From Takakia lepidozioides (Eukaryota > Plantae > Bryophyta): a DNA stretch of 64,000 nt. Below are positions 1 through 12,500 of the stretch, one piece after another (the first letter of the stretch is position 1; each line of letters starts with the position of its first letter). The DNA lies in NCBI GenBank assembly GCA_030704615.1, contig CM060733.1:2728001-2792000 (forward strand), given 5' to 3'. The notes below the pieces were generated by a model. That model searched no databases. It was not told the origin of the DNA and saw only the letters and a list, made by a program, of their open reading frames with translations. The position numbers and the translations under genes are program-made.

Positions 1-519
1 TCATCAACATAGTGCTCCAGAGCCAGTTCCTCATTGTTGACCAGTTGACCTTCTCAGCCCTTGGACCCCATTTTCCCTTCTCCCATGTTGCCTCGTCTTT
101 CTGCTTCATCGTTTGCTTTACTTGCACGATGTTGCTTCTTCCCTACAGCTCATCATGTGTTGTGGCTCTTTCCCATGTTGCACTCACTCCCATCATACGT
201 TGTGCAGTTGATAAGACTGAGATGAGTTGATGCAGGATAGGGGGAGGGCTTGCTGGTGTATGTTGTCCGATAGGCCCCATGCACAGAGTCAAAGCTGGAA
301 GTCAGCCTTGCAAGGACCCAAGTGAGAGAAGTCTGGTGGGGGTAGCATCTTGGGGGATGGCAGTTAGGGCAATGTGTGTCTAGGGCAATATATGTCATAG
401 CAGCGGGTGATGTGCTGCCAATTTTGAGGATAGAGACAGCCTGTAAGCTGTAGATTTGTATAAGTGGTTTCTTCTGACACATATTGCTCCGTTTGCCACA
501 ACCAATTGTTTGCGTTTGT

Positions 520-650
520 AGTGCATGTGCGAGCCTGCTGGGGAAGGGCAAAGAGGTCCATGGTTGCATCGTCAAAGCTGGAATTGTGGCAGATGTCATT
601 CTGAATAATACCCTTGTGGACAGGGAGTGTTCAACAATATGGCTGAGCGA
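520..650 (+). pseudogene. PLS-class PPR gene fragment
   Basis: Translates to KGKEVHGCIVKAGIVADVILNNTLVD (L/S-motif consensus), then after a deletion REVFNNMAER; no intact ORF. Confidence 0.75.
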
Positions 651-673
651 AGGATAGAGTGTAATGACTGCTA

Positions 674-919
674 ATGAAGGCACCTTCTTCAATTTCACCT
701 TGTTTTCCCCTCTTATCAGAATCGCCCCTAATTATTCATGTCTGAATTCTGCAAGTTAGCTGGTTGAGTGAAGCTTTGATAGTTTGGAGTGACTTTGACA
801 TGATTCTGCCAATGTGACAACAGGAAAGTATCAAAAACAGGTAACACAGACGAGGAGAAGTTGTGGAATGAATGTTTTTCTGACCCCAGTCAATGGTGGG
901 ACAATCGAGGCAAAATGGT
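674..919 (+). pseudogene. Degenerate first exon: transit-peptide-like N-terminus plus OSB/PDF-like WWDNR motif (copy A)
   Basis: MKAPSS... ending EKLWNECFSDPSQWWDNRGKM then GT; contains stops and frameshifts; homologous copies at 1227, 17336 and 21253. Confidence 0.6.
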
Positions 920-1226
920 GAATGTTTGTTGGATTATAGAGAGTAGCAGATGCAATTGAGTGTAGGAACTAGTGTGATAAGTTGAGTTGGGTGCTTCCTA
1001 GAACAAGTCTAGGCTGTCATTGTCAACTGCTAGCAACAAGGCAAGGTTGTATGCATGATTCGTGCGAGGCATGGATAGTTGAAGGAGCAAGGATAGAGTG
1101 TGGGTGCAGATTCACCCAAGAGGGCCAGACTTCAAGCTCCAGATTAACTATGAAGCTACAAGAAACCTGCATGGGTAGATGGTCAACTGGCAGCAACGGC
1201 ACAATTGATAAAATCAGACATTGTTA

Positions 1227-1433
1227 ATGAAGGCATCTTCTTCAGCACATTTCACCCTGTTTTTCCCTCTTATTAGAATCGGTCCAAAATTTCCATGTTG
1301 AATTATGCAAGTTAACTGGTTGAGTGAATCTAGTTTGGAGTGACTTTGACATGATACTGCTATGTGACAACAGGAAAGTATCAAAAAACAAGTAACAGAC
1401 ATGAGGAGAAGCTGTGGAATGAATGCTTTTCTG
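1227..1433 (+). pseudogene. Degenerate first exon with WWDNR-type motif (copy B), interrupted by the LTR element and continuing at 8408-8442
   Basis: MKASSSAHFTLFFPLIRIGPKF...EKLWNECFS, then the LTR insertion, then PSQ*WDNRGKK followed by GT; several TGA stops. Confidence 0.6.
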
Positions 1434-2158
1434 TGTCGCGGCCCTTTGCCTTGAGGGCAGGGGGTCGGGACACATGAGGGGCTGCCCCTGTAGTGGGGGC
1501 AGCGGCAGCGATAGGTATGGGGGGCTGAAGCACCCTTGAGTGCCCAAGGCACTCAAGGAGGCGGAGGCGCTCACTAGGTCGAGCCCCGCACACCGGGTTG
1601 CGGTGGGGGTGGCTCCACAAGGGGTGGTGGTAGCTTAGCGGGACTTAGTGGGGGTGACATAGGACTCACCATGGGGGCGGAGACCTCGTGGTGGGAGTCG
1701 TGGGGAGTCTTGGGACTCATCACGGTCCATAGGGGCCGTGATGAGTGGGCCAAGACTCACCGCGACTCATCACCGGGAGTCGAGGGTTTTCGTGGTGGTT
1801 CGCCATAAAATGGCATGGCTGGTTATGAAACCCCCGCGGACAGCTACAAAAGTATATATAGGGAGTAGTAACCCCGAGAACGGTGCAAGCCCGTTGGTGA
1901 CCAAAAACTAGTGAGTAAGCGAACGAGCCGGAAAGCGACCAAAGAGTGGGGAGCTGTTCCGGACTGCCATCTACCAAAGGGAATTCTCCTAGTCCCAAAT
2001 AGGTGGAGGGTTTAGAGGGAAGCAAAGGGGGACCGTTATGTCCCGGTGAGCAGCCGAAGCTCCAAGTTGGCCCGGCGGCCAGGTTGGGAGTCAGGCGCGC
2101 GCATCAAAGCGAGTAACTATGACTTGAAGGGGAGCTTACCGAAGTGAGGTGCGCGACA
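1434..2158 (+). repeat. 5' LTR
   Basis: TGTCGCG...CGCGACA inverted termini; about 9 differences from the 3' LTR by manual count; TATATATA near 1853. Confidence 0.97.
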
Positions 2159-2160
2159 CT

Positions 2161-2172
2161 TGGTATCAGAGC
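2161..2172 (+). promoter_or_regulatory. Primer binding site (tRNA-iMet)
   Basis: TGGTATCAGAGC, 2 nt after the LTR end. Confidence 0.95.
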
Positions 2173-2213
2173 TTAGAGTTCAGTACGCGATCGTCCTTGG
2201 GATTGGCCTCATC

Positions 2214-5200
2214 ATGGGGTCGGGCAAGCCAAAGCGAAAGCGGAACGGCCCAAAAGATGATGATCCTGGTGAGCCCGATGGGGGCGACGTGTCACCGAGG
2301 CGGCCGTTTGAGGAAGCGATGAATGTTTCCGAAAACGAGGCCGCTCAAGAGCGGGAGGAATCCGAGGAGTCGGAGCCCGAGGAATCCTTGAGAGCTCCGA
2401 CAAACCAAGAGATGCCTCCCATGCCGGCAGCCTTTTGGGAAGGGTTGTTGGCGCAGTTTGGCGGGACGTTGAAAGACGTGTTGAAGGCGGCTAATGCCAC
2501 TTCCACTAAGGCAAAGTTTAAGGTGAAGCCTAAGGAACCCGGCACCTTTGAGGGTGTTCGAAATCGGAAGGCACTCAACACCTGGCTCCTGGAGCTAGAG
2601 CAGTACTTCCGGGCGGCCAAGTTGAGTGACGAGGATCGGGTGGAAGTGGCTCCCACCTATTTGAGGGGCTATGCTCAACAATGGTGGCAGAAACGCTTTC
2701 ACGACCGAGGCCCAAGCCTGGAAACCTTGAACTGGAGTGGGTTCAAGGAATTGATGAAGAGACAGTTTGTGCCCCTCAACGCGTCCTGGCTTGCCCGGGA
2801 CAAGATGAGGAATTTGAAGCAAACAGATGACATTCGGGGGTATGTCCAGGCTTTCAATGTGCTGTTGCTCAAAGTCGCGGACATGGCAGAACCAGAAATG
2901 GTCTTCAACTTTGTGGCGGGACTGGCCCCATGGGCCAGGCGGAAGTTGGAGGAGAAGCCACCCAAGACTTTGAATGAGGCAATTGAGAGGGCTGAATGTT
3001 TCTCGGATGTCCCTAGGGGTGAGAGACAAGGCCGTACGGAGCTGAACCACAAGAAGACCCGGCGGGAAGGTGACTCCTTCCGACCGGAAAAGAAGTGGGA
3101 TAGGCCACGCGGCGATAATGGCACGTGGAAATTGAAGGGAGGGCCTTCACACGTCAAGGCGGCACCCGGTGCTTCGAAAGGAAAAGCGGGTGGAGCGGCT
3201 TATGGCGGACAGAAGGCGACCTTTGATGGAGTGTGTTTCAATTGCGGGGAGCCCGGGCACATGGCCAAGAAGTGCACGAAGCCCCGGCAATTGAACATGA
3301 CTCAGGCGACCACGGAGCTGTCGGAAGATACCATCAGTCGCTTGGTGGAAGCGGTGGTCGCCAGGACTTGCAAGGTAGGCAACTATTCTTGTGAGTTGTA
3401 TCAGGAAACTGGCGCCCTGCGTAAACGGAGTCAGTTATTGTTCGTGGATGGGATAATATCCGGAACTAATGTGTCGTTGTTGGTGGACACAGGAGCGTCG
3501 CACTCCTTCATGACACCGACGGCGGCACAAAAGCTGGGACTCCCGACAAGTGACGTGGGGGCCTCTATTGAGGTGCGTTCTGCCAAAGGAGAACCACAGT
3601 TGGCGACAAGGTTGGCGTTTAATGTTCCTCTTCAACTGGGGAGTTGGGAGGACGTGAGAACTTCACCATCTGCGAGATCGATGGAGTGGATCTCATTTTG
3701 GGGATGACCTTTCTGAGTAAATCCGGAGCGGTCATAGATGGCCGCAAGAGAGTAGTCACGCTGCCATGTGGGAATAATGGCGAGGTCTTACGAGTGTCGG
3801 AAACGCCCAAATCCGTGGGAGGGCGAATAAACCTTCTGTCAGCAAGGGAGTGGGCCGTGGAGGAGGCACACGAACCCCAGTTTTTGCTTTACATTAGAGA
3901 AGTGAAGGGAGAAGGCGATGGGGAGCCGAGCCCAGATTGGATCAAGGGGATTTTGGAGAAATACCAGATGTGATGCCGGAGGATTTACCAAGCGGCTTGC
4001 CACCGCGAAGAGGAGTTGACCACAAGATTGAGATGATACCGGGATCGGAACCGCCTGCCAAGGCGCCCTACCGGTTGAGCCACAAAGAGTTGGTTGAGCT
4101 GAAGACTCAGCTCAAGGATCTAATGTCAAAGGGGTACATCCGGCCGAGTAAGTCACCTTACGGAGCCCCGGTGCTATTCGCAGACAAGAAGGATGGGACG
4201 CTGCGGATGTGTGTCGATTACAGGGCTCTGAATAAGGTGACTATCAAAAACCGGTACCCTTTGCCAAGGATCGACGACCTCTTCGATCGGTTGGCAGGAG
4301 CGAAGTATTTCAGCCGGATCGACTTGCGCTCCGGCTATCATCAAATTCGGGTGGCGGAAGGAGATGAGGAGAAGACCGCGTGCAGACAAGGTATGGTTCA
4401 TATGAGTTCTTGGTGATGCCTTTTGGGCTCACCAATGCACCAGCGACCTTTAGCACGCTGATGAACAGCCTTTTTCAGGAGTGGTTGGATGACTTTGTGA
4501 TCGTGTCAATCGACGACATCTTGGTGTACTCGAAAACAAAGGAGGAGCACCTGGAGCACCTCAAAAGGGTGTTCCAAAGGTTGCGGGAAGGGAAGCTGTA
4601 CGCCAAAGCTTCAAAGTGCAAATTCGGGGTCACGAAAGTGGAGTTCTTGGGGCATGTGATTACACAGGATGGGATCAAAATGGATGACAGAAAGGTGAGG
4701 GCGATCTTGGACTGGGAGCCTCCGACCTCGGTCCCGGGAGTGCGATCCTTCCTAGGACTCGCCTCCTATTACCGGAAGTATGTGAGAAATTTTGCCAAGA
4801 TCGCGGGGCCGCTGTCGGACCTTCTGTGTAAATCCAAAGTCTGGGTATGGAACACATTTTGTGGCCAAGCTTTTGCTGAATTGAAGCAGCGGATGGCGGA
4901 AGCTCCAGTCTTGAAAATCCCGGAGTTCGATCGTCCATTTGAGATTCATACAGATGCGTCGGACTTCGCGATTGGGGGTGTACTTATGCAAGATGGACGT
5001 CCAGTGGCTTACGAAAGTAAGAAACTGAATGAAGTGGAGCGACGGTGGCCTACGCACGAAAAAAAGATGAAGGCGGTGGTGCATTGCCTTGAGCTTTGGC
5101 GCCACTATGTTGGTTCCAACCCAGTGAAGGTGTTCACGGACAATGTCACGGTGAAGTATTTTGCCACGCAGCCCAAGTTGTCCCCAAAACAACTTAGGTG

Positions 5201-6773
5201 GCAAGATACTTTGGCGGTGTTCGACGTGGATATCCAGTACAAACCGAGATGAGACAAAGTGGTGACCGATGCTTTAAGTAGAAAGCAGCAGCTCTTGTTG
5301 GTGTACAAGGGCGAGACGGCGCTCCAAAGGAAGATCCGAAAGGCTTGCCGGAAGGATGAGCTGGCGAAGTCCGTGATGCAGGACTTGAGGATGGGGGTTA
5401 AATCGCAGTTCCACTTGCAAAATGGACTGCTCCGGTATAAGCAAAAACATCTCTACATGCCAAAGGGAGGGATCAGAGATAGCCTCTTGAGAGAATGCCA
5501 TGATAGCCCGCTTGCGGGCCACGGCGGAGCCAAGCGCACTGTGGCACTCTTGAAGAAAGAGTATTTCTGGCCCAAACTGAGGGAGGAGGCAGAGGAGTAT
5601 GTCAAGACATGCACCACATGCCAATAAAACCGGAGCGAGTACAAAAAGCAAGCGGGGCTGTTACAACCCTTGCCGATTCCAGAGGGGACTTGGGAAAGCG
5701 TCTCGATGGATTTCATGACTGCTATGCCGCTGTCAAAAGGATTCGATGCAATCATGGTGGTGGTGGATAGGTTCAGTAAAATGGGCCATTTCATCCCCAC
5801 CAAGGAGACGGCAACGGCGCAGGAGACAGGGCGACTTTACTTCGCCCACGTCTTAAAGCATCATGGAGTCCCGAAGGATATTGTCTCGGATCGCGATCCA
5901 AAGTTTACGAGTAAATTTTGGAGGACACTTTGGAAGAAGATGGGGACGAGGCTCAAGATGAGCACCGCCTTCCGACCTACGACCGACGGCCAAACAGAAA
6001 GGGTGAATTCCGTAGTGAAGCAGATCTTGCGGAATTACGTGTCGGCAGACCAAACAGACTGGGTGGAACACTTAGACGCGGCAGAGTTCTGTTATAATAA
6101 CACAGAACACTCCGCAACGGGAGTTTCCCATTTCGTATTGGTCTATGGAAAAGCACCTCTGGTGCCGACAAGTTGGGCCGCCCAGGACGTTGAGGAACCG
6201 GCAGTAGCGGCGGTACTGGAAGAACGCGAGCGTTTGTTGAAGCTCGCAAAGTACAACATTGCCAAAGCCAGGAAACGGTATGAAAGGCAGGCGAATCAAA
6301 AGCGGAGGGAAGTGAAGTTTGAGGCAGGCACAGAGGTCTGGTTGAACATCAAGAATTTCCGACTACCTCCGGAAGTGAGTCCGAAGTTCGTACCTCCGTA
6401 TGCGGGACCCTTTCGCATTCGGAAGGTTATGAATGAGGATGTGTATGAATTGGAGCTGCCGGCAAACAGCAAGGTGCACCCAGTATTCCATGTCTCCCTT
6501 TTGAAGCCTTACTTCAAAGATGAAGCGCGTCCGAATCGGCATCAAGTGTTGCGTCCGCCACCTATGCTGTTGGATCATGAAAATGAACCTGAGTACGAGG
6601 TGGAGGCAATACTTAAGTCGAGGAGGTTCAAGAACCGAGAAACGGAGTATCTCGTCAAATGGAAGGGCTATCATCATGTGGATGCATCTTGGGTGCGTGC
6701 CTCAGAAATGGGAAACGCATCCGAGGCGGTTGCAGCTTTCGAAGGGCGACCTCAAAAGCGGAAGAAACATTGA
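2214..6773 (+). pseudogene. Gag-Pol polyprotein (Gag, CCHC knuckle, protease, RT, RNase H, integrase, chromodomain), disrupted
   Basis: CFNCGEPGHMAKKC; LVDTGAS; RT YIDD changed to SIDD; TDASD; HHCC plus DDE integrase; AGPF; YEVEAIL...YLVKWKGY chromodomain; frameshifts near 3650, 3965 and 4390; stops near 5250 and 5625. Confidence 0.95.
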
Positions 6774-7677
6774 TGGGGACATCAACCTTGGAGCGTGGGG
6801 GAGGAAATGCATGCTTAGCCCGGCTTAGCTAGCTTAGGAATCCGATTACAAAAACTTGTATTGTACAAAATTTGTTATAAAGGAAATGGGTTCCAAATGT
6901 TGTGCGTCCTATTTTGTTTGGAATGGTGATGCATGGTATGGTTGGCTAGTGTGTAGAATGCATGCTAGCTTATAAAAGTGGGAGAGGTAAATTGGGTTAA
7001 TCGTGTGTTTGCGTAGTGCCGAAATCGGGTGACCCCCATCCAAGGGGCAAGGAAACTTGCGACTTCTTTGGGAGTTCACGTGCTAGTGCGCACCTGGCGC
7101 GTGCGCGTACTATAACTGCGCTACCGAGGGGGTTGCCTTGTAGTGCGGGCTAACGCGGAAGCTACGTGCTTCCGTTCACGTACTATAATCGTGTAACCTC
7201 GGGACGAAGTCGTAGTGCGGACTTCGGCGTGTTCCCGTACCTCAGGCCAGCATTCCAAGGCGGACCAATTGTAGTGATTGGGCACACGGTTGGTTCAAGG
7301 TTATCTTCCTAGTAAAAAAAGGTTCAAGGTGAACCCTTGCTCAAGGTGATGCCAAAAGTGGCATCATGAGCAATCGCAAGCAATGTTTTTGTAGTAAGGC
7401 GATTCGATCCTCAGGAAGGATTGTTCCTTGGCCTTGAAGTGGGCCAAGAAGAGTGCACTGGGAGGAGCTTGAGAGGCTCCATCCTTGGCCGGGACTTGGA
7501 GGAAGTCGGCCAAACTACCTAGTGGAGAGTAGAGTCAAGTGTGGGGTTTGGTTCTTTGCCATGGGACGCCATGGTGCGGAAACAAACTCCTTGATGTGGG
7601 ACGCCACAACTTGGATGTTCGTTTCTACAAAATGGACAAGTCGATGAGGACATCGACTCCCTGTTGGTAGGGGTGTG

Positions 7678-8402
7678 TGTCGCGGCCCTTTGCCTTGAGG
7701 GCAGGGGGTCGGGACACATGAGGGGCTGCCCCTGTAGTGGGGGCATCGGCAGCGATAGGTATGGGGGGCTGAAGCACCCTTGAGTGCCCAAGGCACTCAA
7801 GGAGGCGGAGGCGCTCACTAGGTGGAGCCCCGCACACCGGGTTGCGGTGGGGGTGGCTCCACAAGGGGTGGTGGTAGCTTAGCAGGACTTAGTGGGGGTG
7901 ACATAGGACTCACCATGGGGGCGGAGACCTCGTGGTGGGAGTCGTGGGGAGTCTTGGGACTCATCACGGTCCATAGGGCCGTGATGAGTGGGCCAAGACT
8001 CACCGCGACTCATCACCGGGAGTCGAGGGTTTTCATGGTGGTTCGCCATAAAATGGCATGGCTGGTTATGAAACCCCCGCGGACAGCTACAAAAGTATAT
8101 ATAGGGAGTAATAACCCCGAGAACGGTGCAAGCCCGTTGGTGACCAAAAACTAGTGAGTAAGCGAACGAGCCGGAAAGCGACCAAAGAGTGGGGAGCTGT
8201 TCCGGACTGCCATCTACCAAAGGGAATTCTCCTAGTCCCAAATAGGTGGAGGGTTTAGAGGGAAGCAAAGGGGGACCGTTATGTCCCGGTGAGCAGCCGA
8301 AGCTCCAAGTTGGCCCGGGCGGCCAGGTTGGGAGTCAGGCGCGCGCATCAAAGCGAGTAACTATGACTTGAAGGGGAGCTTACCGAAGTGAGGTGTGTGA
8401 CA
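7678..8402 (+). repeat. 3' LTR, preceded by a polypurine tract
   Basis: Near-identical to 1434-2158; GGTAGGGGTGTG immediately upstream. Confidence 0.97.
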
Positions 8403-9017
8403 TTCTGCCCCCAGTCAATGATGGGACAACCGAGGCAAAAAGGTGAATGCCTGCTACATTTCAGAGAGTAGCAGACGCAATTGAGCATAGGAACTAGTGT
8501 GATAAGCTGAGTTGGGTGTTTCCTAGAACAAATGTAGGTTGTCATTGTCAGCTACTAGCAGCAAGGCAAGGATGAATGCATGATTTGTGCAGGGGCATGG
8601 ATAGCTGAAGAAGCAGGGATAGAGTGTGGTCCAGATTCATCCTAGAGGGCCAAATTTCAAGCACAAGATTTACCTATGATTCCCTGTGGATCAATAACTA
8701 CAAGAAACCTCCATGGGTAGATGGTCTATTCCGTGGAACTCACTGAAGTCTTGCATTATGAGGATCAGAACTGCTTGACTTGCACGAGGCCTTGACCCTT
8801 AGGCAATCCCCAGAGCAGTAATAGCTTTTGGGCTGCTTTTTTACTTTGTGTTTTTTATTTTGTCCCATAAGCTCTTTGAGCTTTCCGCAGATGTAATAAA
8901 GTACCATTTTGTTTCATTTCATTCATTTTCATTTCATTTTGTTTCATGGCATGTCTTTCATCGTTTGTGCATTTCTAATGCATGATTAGTTCTCTTGTAT
9001 GGCATTACTAGTCGACT

Positions 9018-9579
9018 CACTACAAACACCAAAACTCCAAAGCATGAATCACTATGAATGATTGTTCAAGTAATTTCGAGCACTTCATGTAAAGTAGTAA
9101 AGCAGTGGTTGCGCCAACTTCCGCAGTCGCAATTTCCACTGGGCATGTAGCACTGCAAGTTATGTGGTCTACTACCACGAGGCGCCCCGGGCCCGTGGCC
9201 ACGTGGCAGCAGTGGTGCTCGTCGTGGCGCCGCCACGTCGGCATCCACATCGTCGTCCACGTCCGCGTCCATGTGTCGCCACGCTTCAGTGAGTCGGTCC
9301 ACTCATCCGGAGGGAAAAGTCAAAGTCAGCCCAAAAGGTCAGACACACGGGTGGCCCTCCTGGTTACGCCACGTGGTTCTTCAGCATTAATCGCATTAAT
9401 CGCTGAGCAGTTGTTCGCGCGTCTGCGTCCTTTACCACTCCAATCATTGGATGTCCAACCCAACTACCACGTCTGTTGTAACTAGTCTGTTGTAACTTCC
9501 AGTCGATCCCAGTTTTTTGACTTTTACGACTCAAAATGAGTTGTTACCCCAGTGGTAAATGACACGAATGCTTCTAGTG
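9018..9579. mobile_element. Non-autonomous CACTA-like element
   Basis: Begins CACTACAAACA and ends TGCTTCTAGTG; CCACGT and AGTGGT internal motifs; flanks ACT and AAG do not form a TSD. Confidence 0.6.
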
Positions 9580-12500
9580 AAGTATTTCAGCCGGATCGAT
9601 TTGCGCTCGGGCTACCATCAAATCCGAGTGGCGGAAGGAGATGAGGAGAAGACCGCTTGCAGGACAAGATATGGTTCATATGAGTTCTTGGTGATGCCTT
9701 TTAGGCTCACCAACGCACCCACGACCTTTAGTACGCTAATGAACAGCCTTTTCCAAGAGTGGTTGGATGACTTTGTGATCGTGTACATCGACGACATCTT
9801 GGTGTACTCAAAAACAAAGGAAGAGTACCTGGAGCACCTCAAAAGGGTGTTCCAGAAATTGCGGGAAGAGAAGCTGTATGCCAAAGCTTCAAAGTGCAAA
9901 TTCGGGGTCACAAAAGTGGAGTTCCTAGGGCATGTGATTACACAGGATGGGATCAAAATGGATGACAGAAAGGTAAGGGCGATCTTGGACTGGGAGCCTC
10001 CGACTTCGGTCCCGGGAGTGCGATCATTCCTAGGACTCGCCTCCTACCGAAAGTATGTGAGAAATTTCGCCAAGATCGCGGGGCCGTTGTCAGACCTTCT
10101 GTGTAAATCCAAAGTCTGGATATGGAACACCTTTTGTGGCCAAGCTTTTGCTGAGTTGAAGCAGCGGATGGCGGAAGCTCCAGTCCTAAAAATCCCGGAG
10201 TTCGACCATCCATTTGAGATTCATACGGATGCGTCGGACTTCGCAATTGGGGATGTGCTCATGCAGGATGGACGTCTAGTGACTTACGAAAGTAAGAAAC
10301 TGAATGAAGTGGAGCGACGGTGGCCTACGCACGAGAAAGAAATGAAGGCGGTGGTGCATTGCCTTGAGCTTTGGCGCCATTATGTTTGTTCCAACCCGGT
10401 GAAGGTGTTCACGGACAATGTCACGGTGAAGTATTTTGCCACGCAACCTAAGTTGTCCCCAAAACAACTTAGGTGGCAAGACACTTTGGCAGTGTTCGAC
10501 GTGGATATCCAGTACAAACCGGGACGGAACAATGTGGTGGCCGATGCTTTAAGTAGAAAGCAACAGCTCATGTTGGTGTACAGGGGTGAGACAACGTTCC
10601 AAAGGAAGATCCGAAAGGCTTACCGGAAGGATGAGATGGCGAAGTCCATGAGGTGGGACTTGTGGATGGGGGTTAAATCGCAGTTCCACTTGCAAAATGG
10701 ACTGCTCCGGTACAAGCAAAAGCGTCTCTACGTGTCGAAGGGAGGGATCAGAGATAGTCTCTTGAGAGAATGTCATGATGGCCCGCTTGCGGGCCACGGC
10801 GGAGCCAAGCGCACCGCGGCACTCTTGAAGAAAGAGTATTTCTGGCCCAAACTGAGGGAGGAGGCCGAGGAGTATGTCAAGACATGCACCACATGCCAAC
10901 AAAACCGAAGCGAGTACAAAAAGCAAGCGGGGTTGTTACAACCCTTACCGATTCCAGAGGGGTCTTGGGAAAGTGTCTCGATGGATTTCATGACTGCTAT
11001 GCCGCTGTCAAAAGGATTCGATGCAATCATGGTGGTGGTGGATAGGTTCAGTAAAATGGGCCATTTCATCCCCACCAAGGAGACGGCAACGGTGCAGGAG
11101 ACGAGGCGACTTTACTTCGTCCACGTCTTCAAGCATCATGGATTCCCGAAGGATATTGTCTCGGACCGCGATCCAAAGTTTACAAGTAAATTTTGGAGGG
11201 CACTTTGGAAGAAGATAGGGACGAGGCTCAAGATGAACACCGCCTTTCGACCTACGGCGGACGGCCAAACGGAAAGAGTGAATTCCATGGTGAAGCAGAT
11301 CTTGCGGAATTACGTGTCGGCAGACCAATGAGACTGGGTGGAGCACTTGGATGCGGCAAAGTTATGTTATAATAACACAAAACACTCCGCAATGGGAGTT
11401 TCCCCTTTCGTATTGGTCTATGGAAAAGCACCTCTAGTGCCGACAAGTTGGGCCGTCCAGGACGTTGAGGAACCGGCAGCAGTGGCGGTGCTTGAAGAAC
11501 GCGAGCGTTTGTTGAAGCTCGCAAAGTACAACATTGCCAAAGCTAGGAAATGGTATGAATGACAGGCGAATCGGAAGCGGAGGGAAGTTAAGTTTGAGGC
11601 AGGCACAGAGGTTTGGTTGAACATCAAGAATTTCCGACTACCTCTTGAAGTGAGTCCGAATTTCGTACCTCTGTATGCGGGGCCCTTTCGCAGCCGAAAG
11701 GTTATAAATGAGGATGTGTATGAATTGGAGCTGCCAGCAAACAACAAGGTGCATCCGGTATTCCACGTCTCTGTTTTGAAGCCTTATTTCAAATATGAAG
11801 CGCGTCCGAATCGGCATCAAGTATTGCGTCCGCCACCTATGCTGTTGGATCATGAAAATGAACTTAAGCACGAGGTGGAGGTAGTGCTTGAGTCGAGGAG
11901 GTTCAAGAATCGAGAAACGGAGTATCTCGTGAAATGGAATGGCTATCATCATGTGGAGGCATCTTGGGTGCGTGCCTCAGAAATGGGAAACGCATCCGAG
12001 GCGGTTGCAGCTTTCGAAGGGCGACCTCAAAAGTGGAAGAAGCGTTGATGGGGACATCAACCTTGGAGCGTGGGGGAGGAAATGCATGCTTAGCCCGGCT
12101 TAGCTAGCTCAGGAATCCGATTGCAAAAAACTTGTATTGTACAAATTTTGTTATAAATGAAATGGTTTCCAAATGTTATGCGTCCTATTTTGTTTGGAAT
12201 GGTGATGCATGGTATGGTTGGCTAGTGTGTAGGATGCATGCTAGCTTACAAAAATGGGAGAGGTAAATTGGGTTAATCGTGTGTTTGCGCAGTGCTGAAA
12301 TTGGGTGATTCCCATCCAAGGGGCAAGGAAACTTGCGCATTCTTTGGGAGTTCACGTGCTAGTGCGCACCTGGTGTGCGCGCGTACTATAACTGCGCTAC
12401 CGAGGGGGTTGTCTTGTAGTGCGGATTAACGCGGAAGCTACGTGCTTCCGTTCACGTACTATAATCGTGTAACCTCGGGACGAAGTCGTAGTGCGACTTC

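Larger units (their letters stand above)
1434..8402 (+). mobile_element. Full-length Ty3/Gypsy chromovirus, Galadriel-like, defective
   Basis: Two 725-bp LTRs (TGTCGCG...GACA); 5-bp TSD TTCTG at 1429-1433 and 8403-8407; tRNA-iMet PBS; gag-PR-RT-RH-IN-chromodomain order. Confidence 0.97.

Noticed and set aside
7453-8268. ORFs in the LTRs and 3' region (also at 1214-2025 and 12728-13641)
   Set aside because: They recur only because the LTR is repeated; indels shift them between copies and no domain is recognisable.
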